This document shows, in pieces, positions 14,298-28,000 of a stretch of DNA of 64,000 bases. The position numbers and the translations under genes were made by a program. The DNA comes from the human T2T-CHM13v2.0 reference genome, Homo sapiens, in the NCBI RefSeq assembly GCF_009914755.1, contig NC_060926.1; one strand, given 5' to 3'. Positions within the stretch are counted from its first letter, which is position 1. Each line of letters opens with the position of its first letter. The notes beneath the pieces are model-generated. The model was not told the origin of the DNA. It searched no databases and saw only the letters and a program-made list of their open reading frames with translations.

Positions 14298-15279
14298 AGT
14301 AGATATTCCACCTTGAAAATTCTCTTCTGTCCTATTCTAGCCTATTCTAAAATTCTGTACTTCCATTAAATTGTTTCCATATGTCCCACTGTAGTGGGAA
14401 GCATATTGACTAATCAAACATAAATCAAATTATGCCTTAAATGGTAAAGACGGGGCCAACTTATTTGTCTCCCCAAACTGACAGGGGTAAATTTGCTCCC
14501 TAGAAAACCCAGCCGCCTCTTTAATAGCACAGAGAAAACCGACGTGCAACGTGGACAGATTGGTTCAAGGAGCGAGGTGATGGGACTCCTGTCACATTAT
14601 TTATCAGGTTTATAGAATGTAGAAGATTTCCTCCATACAAGATAGCGACCCCACTGGGCCCTAGCTCTGTGCTTATTGGGTGGCTTGCAGAAAAATAATC
14701 CCTTCTTTTCCACTCGGTCACTCCAAATTTCATTTTGTACATTGCATTTTATTCTCACATCATGGTTTCTGCTGCTTGGCTGCTATTAACAATCCTTAAT
14801 GCATGTATTTGATAACTTGTGAAATGTCCCAGCAGGTCCACTGGGACCTGTAAAGGACTGTGATGAAACCATGGCTGAAACAAACAGGAAAATGTCCAAC
14901 AAATGGAATTGCTCTGATGACCTCCAATCCCAAGGCCACCGTGATGAATGACGCTCTTTTGCCAATTACATGGGCTGTAATTGGACCCCTTCCTGCTGCA
15001 GAACAAGTTATTTTATGACTGTAATATGGTGTATGATATGGAAATATGGGCCTTGGGACGCATCGGGAACTGTAAGTTCCTGGACAGGGTCAGACAATAA
15101 GAGAGGAGCCAGGACATGCTGGTATGCACTAATGCAGAGGTAAAAAGAGTGCTGGGGAAAAGAGAGCTAAGAGGCAAGAAAGAGCAGTCATCATGGCCAG
15201 TGGCAAGAATCGCTCCAGAGGAGCACAAAGAACTCTGGCTGGAGGCTCACAAGACCTCAGTTGAAATATCAGCTCAATT

Positions 15280-15450
15280 TTTTTTTTTTTTTTTTAATCA
15301 GCTGTGTGTGACTATGGGCAAGTTCCTAAATCTGAGACTCAGTTCCATCATCTGTAACATGGAACTAGTAGAGCCTTCCCTCCCAGGGTTGACATGAAAA
15401 GCAAATGAACCAATGCATGTGTGATGCCAGGTGCAGCCTAGAGATCTCAA
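15280..15450 (+). mobile_element. MIR SINE
   Basis: gctgtgtgtgactatgggcaagttcctaaatctgagactcagttccatcatctgtaacatgg matches the MIR core. Confidence 0.75.
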
Positions 15451-15525
15451 CAGCTCCCCCTCCACCCCAGATCCTGGGCCTCACAATCTTCAGGTATAAA
15501 ATGGTAACTGGGATTGAGCCAGACC

Positions 15526-15834
15526 ACAGGTGTAAACTCAAATGCTGACAGGCTTGAGACAGACAACCTTAAGGAGCCAGAGAGAAAACTGCTGCACGCT
15601 GCTGACCGCTTCAGGCTGACTGGAGACTGTTAGCCCTGCTGCGTGCTCTGAGTTCTTCAGCACTTACAAGAGAAGCCTCAACCCTGATCTCAAGGTAAGA
15701 CCTCCTGACTTATAAATGTGGGCACCTAACTCCCCACTCCCTGTTAAAAATGCATTGCCTGGGCCACCAGTGTGTAACAGGCCAAACAAAACTCAGATCT
15801 TTCCAGCCCGTGCACCACCATTTTGCAGCCTCTA
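15526..15834 (+). mobile_element. MER102-like hAT-Charlie element
   Basis: caggtgtaaactcaaatgctgacagg…ggccaaacaaaac…ccaccattttgcagcctct. Confidence 0.6.
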
Positions 15835-16071
15835 AACAGAGGATTTAGAAGGATTGTAGAAGGATTGTTTATCAGGGCCTGGGTAAATAACTCTGGGTTT
15901 AGATGACCATAGGGAATGTAATTTTGACTCAGAACCCAAGCTGTGCTTGGAACTCAACAGAAAAGTCAGAAAACTTTGGTGACCCAAATCTAGGATTCAG
16001 AGAGGGTCCATTCTTTGTAGAATATGGGGAGAACCAAAAAAGCCAGACATACATCAAATAAGTGGTTTTTA

Positions 16072-16529
<458 letters not shown>

Positions 16530-16828
16530 TTACATGGAATCATAATTCTAATTTATCTTGAAATACATATTCTGTGAAATAAACAAGGAAATTTGTTTTC
16601 CAAGAACTTTTTATTTTGTTCTGTAGTCTCATCCCTCAAATTGCAGAATAATAAAAATACTTGCCCTCTTCACCTAACTCATCAACATCTTCACCTGCAT
16701 AAATAAATTAACATACGTGTACCTATAAGATCAGTATGTACAATAGAAAGTTTTGTTGCTGTTGCTGCTAGAGAATTGCATTTACGTTGGCTATCAATTT
16801 TTAACTATGGAGAGTTGCAAGTACATTG

Positions 16829-17348
16829 AGTGGTAAATTAAACCTGGCCACACGTTATTTGAAGCTCCTTTCCTGAAGGGCTGGAGGCTGTTTCCACACT
16901 CATGGAAGTTGGGCTAGGCTTGTGACTTGCTTTGACCAATAGAGTGTGATGAAAGTGATGTGTGACTTCAGAGCTCAGGCTTCAAGGGACTTTGCAGCCT
17001 CCATTCTCACGTTCTTGAAACCCAGCTGCCATGGGTGGAAGCTGTGCTATCCTGCTGGAGTGGCCAGAGAGGAGATGCAAGTTGCTCTCATGGACAGCCC
17101 AGCTGTCAGACTCATGAGCAAGGCTGTCTGGGACCATCCAGCCACCAGCTGACTTGCCAACTGAGATCTGCCAACAGATTGCAAATGTAAAGTCGGCCTG
17201 ACTGACACCATATGAAGAAGAGATGGGCTGTCTCAGCTGAGCCCAGTCCAAATTATTGACCCCCAAAATTGCGAGCAAATAAATAATGGTCATTTTAAAC
17301 CACTCCATTTCAAGGGTGGTTTATCACACAGCAAAAGATCACTGATAC
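16829..17348 (+). mobile_element. MaLR LTR (MLT1F/G-like)
   Basis: cttgtgacttgctttgaccaataga…cccagtccaaattattgaccc…ttttaaaccact…gatcactgataca. Confidence 0.8.
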
Positions 17349-17582
17349 ACCTTGCCTATCTTTTAGGCATTTCTTTAATCATAGGGAAACTCTTAGAAAG
17401 TTGAGCAAATACTCATTCATTAATATCTGGGAGGCCCAGAAGTTAGCGCAATATTTCAAAAGGAATACTTACTGTTTGGATCTATTTATGCTTTGAATAA
17501 TGGATAGGCATCTGAAGGAGGGAAGGGAGGTGCTGAGGTCTGGGGAGGATTTAGGAATCTCTGGATAGAATTGGATAGTGCT

Positions 17583-17863
17583 GGCTGGGTGTGGTGGCTT
17601 ATGCCTGTAATCCCAGCACCTTGGGAGGCCGAGGTGGGGGGGTCCTTTGAGGCCAGGAGTTTAAGCCCAGCCTGGGCAACATAGTGAGACCCTATCTCTA
17701 TAAAAATTAAAATAAAAATTGCCGGGTGTGGTGGCACACACCTGTAGTTCCAGTGACTTGGGAGGCTGAGGTGGGAAGATTGCTTGAGCCCAGGAGTTCA
17801 AACTGCAGTGAGCCATGATCGCACCATTGCATTCCAGTCTGGGTGATACAGAGAGACCCTGTC
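17583..17863 (+). mobile_element. Alu (AluJ-like)
   Basis: gaggccaggagtttaag…cctgggcaacatagtgagacc, attgcttgagcccaggagttc. Confidence 0.92.
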
Positions 17864-17896
17864 TTTTTTTTTTCTTTTAAAGGAAGAATTAGATAG

Positions 17897-18220
17897 TGCC
17901 CTTTATTCCATTTGGATGACTATAACAAAATACCATCGGCTGAGTGGCTTATAAACAACAAAAATTTATCTCTGATAGTTCTGGAGGCTGGAATGTGCAA
18001 TATCAAGACACCAGTGGATTCTATATCTGGTGAGGGTCAACTTTACGGTTCATAGACGGTGTCTTCTCACTGCATCCTCACATGGCAGAAGGAGCAAGGG
18101 ACCTTGCTAAGGCCTCTTACAAGGGCACTAATCCCATTCATGAAGACTCTTTATGGCCTAATCACCTCCTAAAGTTCCCATTTACTATTACCATCAATTT
18201 CGGGGTCAGGATTTCAATAT
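17897..18220 (-). mobile_element. MaLR LTR (MLT1A/MSTD-like), ending at the AT-rich array
   Basis: ctataacaaaataccat…gtggcttataaacaac…ggcctaatcacctcctaaag…ggggtcaggatttcaatat. Confidence 0.85.
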
Positions 18221-21200
18221 ATATTGAAATATATATTTCTATGTATATAAAATATATATAAAAATATATTTCATATATATAAAATATATATAAAATATAT
18301 ATTCTATATATAGAAAATATATATTCTATATATATAGAATATATATAGAATATATATTCTATATATATTCTATATATATAGAATATATATATAAAACATA
18401 TATTCTATATATAAAATATATATTCTATATATAAAATATATATTCTATATATATAAAATATATATTCTATATATAAAATATATATTCTATATATATAAAA
18501 TATATATTCTATATATAAAATATATATTCTATATATATTCTATATATATAGAATATATATAAAATATATATTCTATATATATTCTATATATATAGAATAT
18601 ATATAAAATATATATTCTATATATATAGAATATATATAAAATATATATTCTATATATATAGAATATATATAAAATATATATTCTATATATATAGAATGTA
18701 TATAAAATATATATTCTATATATATAGAATGTATATAAAATATATATTCTATATATATAGAATGTATATAAAATATATATTCTATATATATAGAATGTAT
18801 ATAAAATATATATTCTATATATATAGAATGTATATAAAATATATATTCTATATATATAGAATGTATATAAAATATATATTCTATATATATAGAATGTATA
18901 TAAAATATATATTCTATATATATAGAATGTATATAAAATATATATTCTATATATATAGAATGTATATAAAATATATATTCTATATATATAGAATGTATAT
19001 AAAATATATATTCTATATATATAGAATGTATATAAAATATATATTCTATATATATAGAATGTATATAAAATATATATTCTATATATATAGAATGTATATA
19101 AAATATATATTCTATATATATAGAATGTATATAAAATATATATTCTATATATATAGAATGTATATAAAATATATATTCTATATATATAGAATATATATAA
19201 CATATATATGAAATATATATAAAATATATATAAATACATATTTCTATATATAAATATATATAAATACATATTTCTATATATAAATATATATCAATACATA
19301 TTTCTATATATAAAAATATATAAATATATATTCATATATATAAAAATATATAAATATATATTCATATATATAAAATATATATGAATATATATTCTCTATA
19401 TATAAAATATATATAATATATATTATATATATAAAATATATATAATATATATTATATATATAAAATATATATAATATATATTCATATATATAAATTATAT
19501 ATAAATATATATTCATATATATAATATATATAAATATTTATTTCATATATAAAATATATTTAAATATATATTTCTATATAGAATATATATTCTATATATA
19601 AAATATATATATAAATATATTTTCTATATAGAAATATATATGAAATATATAGAATATATATAAATATATATTATATATACTATATATACAATATATTTTA
19701 TATATAAAATATATATACAATATATATTCTATATATTAATATATAGAATATATATTAACATATATTTCAATATATTAATATATGAAATATATATAAATAT
19801 TTCATATATAAAATATATATTTCACATATAAAATATATATTTCACATATAAAATATATATTTCATATATAGAAAATATATATTTCATATATAAAATATAT
19901 ATTTCATATATAGAAAATATATATTTCATATATAAAATATATATTTCATATATAGAAAATATATATTTCATATATAAAATATATATTTCATATATAGAAA
20001 ATATATATTTCATATATAAAATATATATTTCATATATAGAAAATATATATTTGATATATAAAATATATATTTCATATATAGAAAATATATATTTCATATA
20101 TAAAATATATATTTCATATATAGAAAATATATATTTCATATATAAAATATATATTTCATATATAAAATATATATTTCATATATAGAAAATATATATTTCA
20201 TATATAAAATATATATTTCATATATATAAAATATATAAAATATATATTTCATATATAAAATATATCAAATATATATTTCATATATTTCATATATAAAATA
20301 TATATTTCATATATGAAATATATAAAATATATATTTCATATATAAAATATATAAAATATATATTTCATATATAAAATATATAAAATATGTATTTCATATA
20401 TAAGATATATAAAATATATATTATATATAAAAAATATATAAAATATATATTATATATAAAATATATAAAATATATATTATATATATGAAATATATAAAAT
20501 ATATATTTCATATATAAAATATATAAAATATATATTTCACATATATAAAATATACTATATATATAAAATATAGATTTTATATATATAAAAGATATATAAA
20601 ATATAGATTTTATATATATAAAAGATATATAAAATATAGATTTTATATATATAAAAGATATATAAAATATAGATTTCTATATACATAAAAATATATGAAA
20701 TATATATTTCATATATAATATATATATAAAATATATATTTCATATACATAATATATATAATATAAATAAAATATATATTTCATATATATAATATATATAA
20801 TATATATAAAACATATATTTCATATATAATATATATAAACTATATATTTCATATATAATATATATAAACTATATATTTCATATACATAATATATATAATA
20901 TATATTTCATTTATATTATATATATAATATATATTTCATATATATAATATATAAAATAGATATAAATATATATAAATATATATTTCATATATAAAATATA
21001 TATACAATATATATTTCATATATAAAATATATATACAATATATATTTCATATATAAAATATATATACAATATATATTTCATATATAAAATATATATACAA
21101 TATATATTTCATATATAAAATATATATAAATATATATTTCATATATGAAATATATAAATATATATTTCATATATAAAATATATATAAATATACATTTCAT

Positions 21201-21973
21201 ATATAAAATATATATAAATATACATTTCATATATAAAATATATAAATATACATTTCATATATAAAATATATATAAATATACATTTCATATATAAAATATA
21301 TATAAATATACATTTCATATATAAAATATATATAAATATACATTTCATATATAAAATATATATAAATATATATTTCATATATAAAATATATATAAATATA
21401 TATTTCATATGTAATATATATAAAATATATAAATATATATTTCATATATAATATATATAAAATATATATTAATATATATTTTATATATAATATATATATT
21501 TCATATATAAATATAAAAAAATATATATTTCATATATAATACATATGAAATATATATTTCATATATATAATTCATATATATTTCATATATATTTCATGTA
21601 TAAAATATACATTTCATATATGAAACGTATATAAAATATATGTTTCATATATGAAATGTATATAAAATATATGTTTCATATATGAAATGTATATAAAATA
21701 TATATAAAATATATATGAAATGTATATATGAAATATATATAAAATATATATTTCATATATATATATGAAATATATATATCTATATATTATATATAAAATA
21801 TATATATGAAATATATATATCTATATATTATATATAAAATATATATTTCACATATATGAAATATATATTTCTATATATTATATATAAAAATATATATAAT
21901 AGATATAAAATATATATATAATATATAAAAAATATGTATATTATATATATATAAAATATATGTATTTCAATAT
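18211..21973. repeat. ~3.7-kb AT-rich compound minisatellite / interrupted (TA)n array
   Basis: Almost only A/T. Sub-arrays of 33 bp (ATATAAAATATATATTCTATATATATAGAATGT, ~18570-19200, seen as the MYIKYIFYIYR repeat), 42 bp (~19820-20200), 33 bp (~20555-20680) and 30 bp (~20970-21410). Confidence 0.98.
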
Positions 21974-23087
21974 TTGGGTTCCCCGAATGGGAAGGTGGTG
22001 GGAAAGAAGGTTCTACTTTCATGTGGCTCTATTTATAAGAGAAGAAAATTTTTCCTAGGAGTTTCTTCGTAAACTTTTTCTTATGTGTCATTGACTAAAG
22101 TGAGATTACTTGGCCACCCTACTGCACAGGAGGCTGGGAAAGTAGCCATGTGTTGTTTCCAGTCCCTGTTGTGAGAGGGGGGCTCTGCCTTAAGAAAAAA
22201 AGGGTAAAGATGGCTGTTAAAAAGCAACACACAGAGGCGGAGCTGGCCTTTGCCCTCTTCCAGAGGACAAGTGCAGAAAGGAATGAGTGCCTTAGGATTC
22301 CAAGGTTGTGTGGTCAAGCCAGGGGTCTATTTGGGTTGCATAACAAACATAATATACAGAATACATAAATATGTCCCCAAATTATCCAAGATCTTAGATC
22401 TGTGAAAAGTGACTTAAAAAGGAGAAATATTTCAATGTTCTGACAAGACATCAAGACAGATATTCCATAGCTATTTGCCTTTTGTATGAAGTGCTTATTG
22501 TGAATTTACTCTAACCATAACACAGAAACTTTTTGCTGTTATAGTGAACAGACATTGGGCATTTGCAGAACTGGCTGACTACATTAGCAGAATGGAAGGT
22601 GGTTGTGATGGTCTGAGTGGAAAATTCCCGTTAATCCATTGTGTCTTGGTGGCAGGAAGTCCGAGACAAAGGAGCTTTCTCTGTGGATGCTTTGGGAGGT
22701 TGGGTCAAAACCAAGATGGTGCCCAAAGTAATCTCTACACCTTAAACTGTTAGAGAGGAACATCATTCTCTGCATCTTTCAAAATAATGCCTGCTTCATG
22801 TTACCTGTTAGCAGAGTTGAGAGCGGATTTGGAGCCTGAGGGAGGCAGGTAATTGTTGCATTCCTCATTTCTATCAGACTCACTTTAGGCTACCAAGGTG
22901 GTAGTGGTTTCCAAGGCTGGCTTGAGACTTGACCTTTTCAAACCAACTCTTCTAATTTGCTTCAGACTATTTCTCTGTTCTTTTAAAAAGCAAGTTGGTA
23001 AAGCTTCACAAATCACCTATTAAATTTGAGTTTTGTTTTGTTTTTTTACCTATGGTAATTTGTTGACTTTTTTCTTTCCTTCCCCTT

Positions 23088-23237
23088 TTTTTGGGGGTTG
23101 GGGAGGTGCGGGGATGGAGTTTCACTCTGTAGCCCAAGCTGGAGTGCAGTGGTGTGATCTTGGCTCACTGCAACCTCTGCCTCCCACATTCAAGTGATTC
23201 TTGTGCCTCATCCTCCTGAGTAGCTGGGATTACAGAC
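23088..23237 (-). mobile_element. Alu right-arm fragment
   Basis: gatggagtttcactctgtagcccaagctggagtgcagtgg…gtagctgggattacagac. Confidence 0.85.
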
Positions 23238-23469
23238 ACTAATCTTCTGGATTTACTTGACTCTTTGGACTCTTCTTGACTGCTTTGTATGTGACACTCA
23301 GTATCTGGAGTTGTTCTAACGGTTTCCCCAGATAGCATGTAGCTAAGGATCCAAATGTCCAGTCCTGTGGGACATTAGCAGCTCCCTGAAGTCTGACTGG
23401 GAGCTGCAACCTTAACTACTTTGACCATGCAGTGGCCAATTCAATAGTTTGCTTTAAAAAAATTCTTTC

Positions 23470-23960
23470 TTCTTAAAATTTAAGAGATATGGACTAGTAA
23501 GAAAGTAAAATATAAATAATTTATAATTGTTATCAGAGATAACTCTCCTTTCCATGAATATCCTATTCTTTTTGGGGAAATAGTATATGTATATACTATA
23601 CATATATATGCATAAATATTATATATGTATAATTTCCCCTCAAAAAGATATATATGGGAATTTATTATATATACAGTATTTACAAAATGGAATCACATTG
23701 AACATTCTGTTCTATAATTATTTTTTTATTTCATTTTTCATTTAACAGTATCTCATGAACATTTCCCATGAGCATTTTTTCTCATGAATGTTTAACTATT
23801 CTCTAACAAGATTTTTAAAGTTATTATGCCATCATGTATTTAATCTTTCATTTTTAGATATTTACATTGTTTTCATTTTTTTTCTATTATAAGCAATGCT
23901 ATGACATAAATAGCCATGGGGCTAAATATTCAAATAATCATATTTTAGAGTACATTCTTT
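23470..23960 (-). mobile_element. Old L1 (L1ME-like) 3' fragment with AT-rich segment
   Basis: tttacaaaatggaatcacattg…tagatatttacattgttttcatttttttctattataagcaatgctatg. Confidence 0.55.
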
Positions 23961-24393
23961 ACAGTGGAGTCAATTGTTTGCTAATAAACTGCCTGCTGGT
24001 ACTGACCCAGAAGTGCTATGGGGTGGCATGTGTAGGATGTGGCCAGGTACCAGTGGTTTCGGGGCATTTGTTGTAGGGTATGCAATGGAGATGCTAGACA
24101 CGGGGAGACTGCATGGACTCTTCCAATGAGGTCAGTTTGAGAAACTCAGCACTTGACAAATAGGGGTTATGTATGTCTCTAAAGTAAATTCTGCTAAATT
24201 AATTTCTGTTCAGTGACACAGACCCACTTGGCCTTGGCTTTGGACTGCAGTGACCAGCAGAACAAAGTTATATGGGGTCAAGTATACATTCCCCTCCCCA
24301 CCCCCCATAGTCTCAAATGCATGGTTGAAGTCTGAGAAAGAAATTGTGACAGGAGCAAGAGCTGGAAGATTTACTGCTCTAAAGATGACTGGG

Positions 24394-24759
24394 TGATATG
24401 GTTTGGCCCTGTGTCCCCACCCAAATCTCATCTTGAATTGTACTCCCATAATTCCCACATGTTGGGGGAGGAACCTGGTGAGAGATAATTGAATCATGGG
24501 GGTGGTTTCTTCCATACTGTTCTCATGGTAGGGAATATGTCTCACAAGATCTGATGGTTTGATATGGGGAAACACATTTTGCTTGGTTTTCATTCTCTTC
24601 TCTTGTCTGCCACCATGTGAGATGTGCCTTTCACTTTCCACCATGATTGTGAGGCCTCCTCAGCCACATGGAACTGCAAGTCCAATTAAACCTCTTTCTT
24701 TTGTAAATTGCCCAGTCTGGGGTATGTCTTTATCAGCAGCGCAAAAACAGACTAATACA
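24394..24759 (+). mobile_element. THE1 solo LTR (THE1C-like, MaLR)
   Basis: TGATATGGTTTGGCCCTGTGTCCCCACCCAAATCTC…CAGACTAATACA; 5-bp TSD CTGGG (24389-24393, 24760-24764). Confidence 0.96.
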
Positions 24760-25229
24760 CTGGGTCATATTTTTGCTTACAAGTCTAGCCTCTGTTTTGT
24801 GATTTCAGGATTGTAATCTAGGATCCATGAATTTAAGAAGTCAGTAACTGATAAAATAGAAACTCAGCCAAGATGGTGGTGAATTCTGGTCCTAATTATT
24901 ACTTTGCTGGAATGTTTATCTTTGGTATCTTCCCGACTTTAACCACTGTTTGCTTTTTTGTGCCCTTTTTCTCTGTCATGTGTTCTAATATAATATATAA
25001 TTTTGCTGGATAAACACTTGGGGCATTTGATACAAATGGATAAAATTAAATTAATAATTAGCCCAGTTCTCTGACTACAAGTATGGGTGTGGGAGTTAAT
25101 AGTAACTTTTAAATTTCTCTTTATACTTTTTCAAATGATATATATGTATTTGAAAAGTGCACTCCCTCCACCCCTCCTTCTCCTTTTTTTTTGAGCTCTC
25201 AGGAGGATTTAAGGTGATGTGAGGTAATG

Positions 25230-25350
25230 ACAGGATTGTAAACTCAGAAACCAAACTGTCCTGCTGTGGGTCCCACTTTGCTATCTTCTGGCTGCAGCGT
25301 CTTGGGTTAGTCATTTAATTCCTCTAATCTTCAGCTTCTTTATCTGAAAA
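25230..25350 (+). mobile_element. MIR fragment
   Basis: cttgggttagtcatttaattcctctaatcttcagcttctttatctgaaaa. Confidence 0.6.
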
Positions 25351-25359
25351 TAAGTATTT

Positions 25360-25800
25360 CATTAGTTTCTTTAATATGTGAAACGGACTCTGGTTAACTT
25401 AAGCAAGAAAAAGATTTACAGGAATGATACTGGGAAGCTCATGAAATGGAAGAAAGAGCTGAAGAACGGAATCTTTGTAAGGACTGGGTCAGGGATTCTA
25501 CCCAGGGAGAGCAGACTACAAACGCCCTAAGCCCTGACCTGCCTCCAGCCCCCGGAGGAGGAACCTCATTGGCTGGCATTGAGTCAACACATCCTCCTCT
25601 GGCCTCTCCTCTCCCTAGAGGGGTGTTACTGGGCAGTTTGATTGGCAATTCCACCAGAGTCACATGAAATACAGAAAGGACACTTCCTTAACACCGAGGA
25701 GACTATTACCAGAGGAAGGCACATAACGAAACCCAGAATACCACCTCACAGCTCTTAGGAAGATCCAGATACTGTACCTAAGGTACCTCAACAAACAACA
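25360..25800 (-). mobile_element. Old MaLR LTR (MLT1K/L-like)
   Basis: aaacggactctggttaacttaagcaagaaaaagatttac…gggaagctcatgaaatggaagaaagagctgaagaac. Confidence 0.5.
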
Positions 25801-25949
25801 GCTATTGTGGTCATTATTTCTATCAGAAGTTAAGCCCAAGGTTACCCATTGGGTTAGTATGAGAGTAAGAAGGGAAATGAAGTGTTTTCTTTTTTTTTCT
25901 TTTGAGGTCAGTACATTCTCTTCACATGACATTTTACTCAGAAGTAGAT

Positions 25950-26365
25950 TGTCTGTGCCCCTTCTCAGGCAGACTGAATCAGAATCTCTTTGGAAGAGGG
26001 TCCCGGGACTCCCCCTCTTTAACAAGGAACCCAGGCGAACCTTGTGCACACTAGTTTTGAGACCCAGAGCCGTTACTGAGTAGGTGGGAGAATTTGACTA
26101 CCTGCTTAGAAAGCATTTTCAAAGGTGAGATTTTTCTCTACCACCGTAGCTACAGAGGGCCTGTGTTTTGCTTGAAGGAGTAAAACAACCTAATCAGACA
26201 GATTGGTCTATAAGCTGTGGCTCACAACACTGGCTGCACATTAGAATCACCTGGGGGGCATTGACAACATACTGGTACCTGGGACCCATCATGAAGAGCC
26301 CCCGTGTGACCGTTTCCCACCAGCAATCAGATGTTTTCAATGTGCTCCCAGGATGGGAGCTGCGG
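25950..26365. mobile_element. MER5-type MITE fragments
   Basis: cagactgaatcagaatctct…ttttgagaccc; tggctgcacattagaatcacctgggg. Confidence 0.6.
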
Positions 26366-27535
26366 AGAGACATTTTTCAACCCAGTCTGGAAGCCCAGTG
26401 GCTTTGCCCTTCTGGGAAATGGCTAAGGATGCTGTGGTTTCAAAGCAAGTGCACTTCAATGACCTTGTTTGATCCTAGGGCAGATGGGGGCATGTAGTGA
26501 TCTCCTGCTCCTGATTTTACAGAGGCAGAAACTGATTGCTCCGAAAGATTCATTGACTGCAGAGCCTAAAAAAGGCAGTGTGAGAACTGTTGTTCCAGCC
26601 TGAAGCTCGTATTTCCATCCTCTTCCATCTCAGAGACTGGAGGAGCATCCAGATTTTCCAAACTTTCTTTCCATTACAGGTTCAAGGAAACCTAAACATG
26701 AGCCCCTATACCCCTTACAAGAGAGCTTATGTGAGAATTCTTACTCTTCAGGGCCTTCAGCCACTTTCTGGGAGGTCTCCTAAGTCATTTCTGTCCCTCA
26801 AGCTTTGATTTAGCCACCAGTGTCATGAGTGTCGTGCCTTCCGGGAATTAAGGGAGTGAGGGCAGCACGTGTAATGACATTGTCCCTGCCAACATCGTAC
26901 TGGCTGGGCTCATCTTCTGAAGGAACATTCCCGAAGGAGCTGTGAACTCTGCTGCAAACAGAGCCTGCCTTAGAGTTCTCTTCCTTCCATGCAACACCAG
27001 ACTGAGCGCTAAGCATGGTCAATACGCCATGATTAGACACAGTGGGAATCTTCTCACCCTCTGACCTCTCCCGCATCTGCCTTCTCGTGACCACCTTTTA
27101 AAGCTTATTTTTTCATTAAAAATATATATATATATATAGTCACCAAAGGACATACAAAAGCACATAAAATGAGAAATAGGAAAAAACCACATGTGATTAT
27201 AAGTATTTATTACAAACACTATGTATCTACTAAACTTGTCTTCTGTTATCTATATAACAGCCCTTCACATGAGGAGCTTCAGAGCCTGAGTTCTTACCCC
27301 GCTCCACCTTCCCTTCCATAGCCACCAGGAAAGCACACGGCCTCTGCTAAGGCATGAGGTACTTCCTTCTGGACCCCTTTCCTGTTTTCCACCTGTGCAA
27401 ACCTCTTGTTGTTCCCTGAAGGAGGGAGGAATTGGATATTTCTGGGTCTTTGCTCTGCTAGGCTTGGCATGAAGAATAATTCCCTGTTCTGCCCATCAAC
27501 TCTGCTATCAAGGCACAGCCCAAAGATAACCTCTC

Positions 27536-28000
27536 TGTTATGGGCTGAATTATGTCTCCTCCAAAATGTAGGTGTTGGAACTTAATGGTCAATGTGATGA
27601 TATTGAGAGATGGGGTCTTTAAGAGGTAATTAGGCCAGGTGTGGGGGGGGCGGGCCTTAAGCTGTAATTAGGCCAGGTGGGGGTGTTTAAGAGGTAATTA
27701 GGTCATGATGACTTCTCTCCTCGTGAATGGGATTAGGTGCCATTATAAAAGGGCATGGTAGAGAAAGCTGGTCCTTTTTGTCCGTCCTTCTTCTGACATG
27801 TAAGGAAGTAGCATTCCTCTGGAGGACGCAGCATTCAAGTTGCCATCTTGGAAGCCGATACTGGATCCTTACCAGACAAGCAATGTGCCAGGGCCTTGAT
27901 CTTGGACTTCCCAGCCTTCATAACTGTAAGCAAATAAATTTCTGTTCTTTATAAATTTCTCTTAGATATTTTGTCATAGCAGCATAATTGGACTAAGATA
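27536..28000 (+). mobile_element. MST-family LTR (MSTB2/MSTC-like) with an MLT1B-like 5' tip and an internal short triplication
   Basis: aaacttaatggtcaatgtgat-type MST body ending gcagcataattggactaagata. Confidence 0.85.

Noticed and set aside
18565-19200. CRISPR-like regular palindromic repeats
   Set aside because: No unique spacers, no cas genes, eukaryotic context; it is a tandem minisatellite.
18529-21445. Long Y/I-rich ORFs (246 aa, 171 aa and others)
   Set aside because: Artefacts of AT minisatellite units whose lengths are multiples of three.
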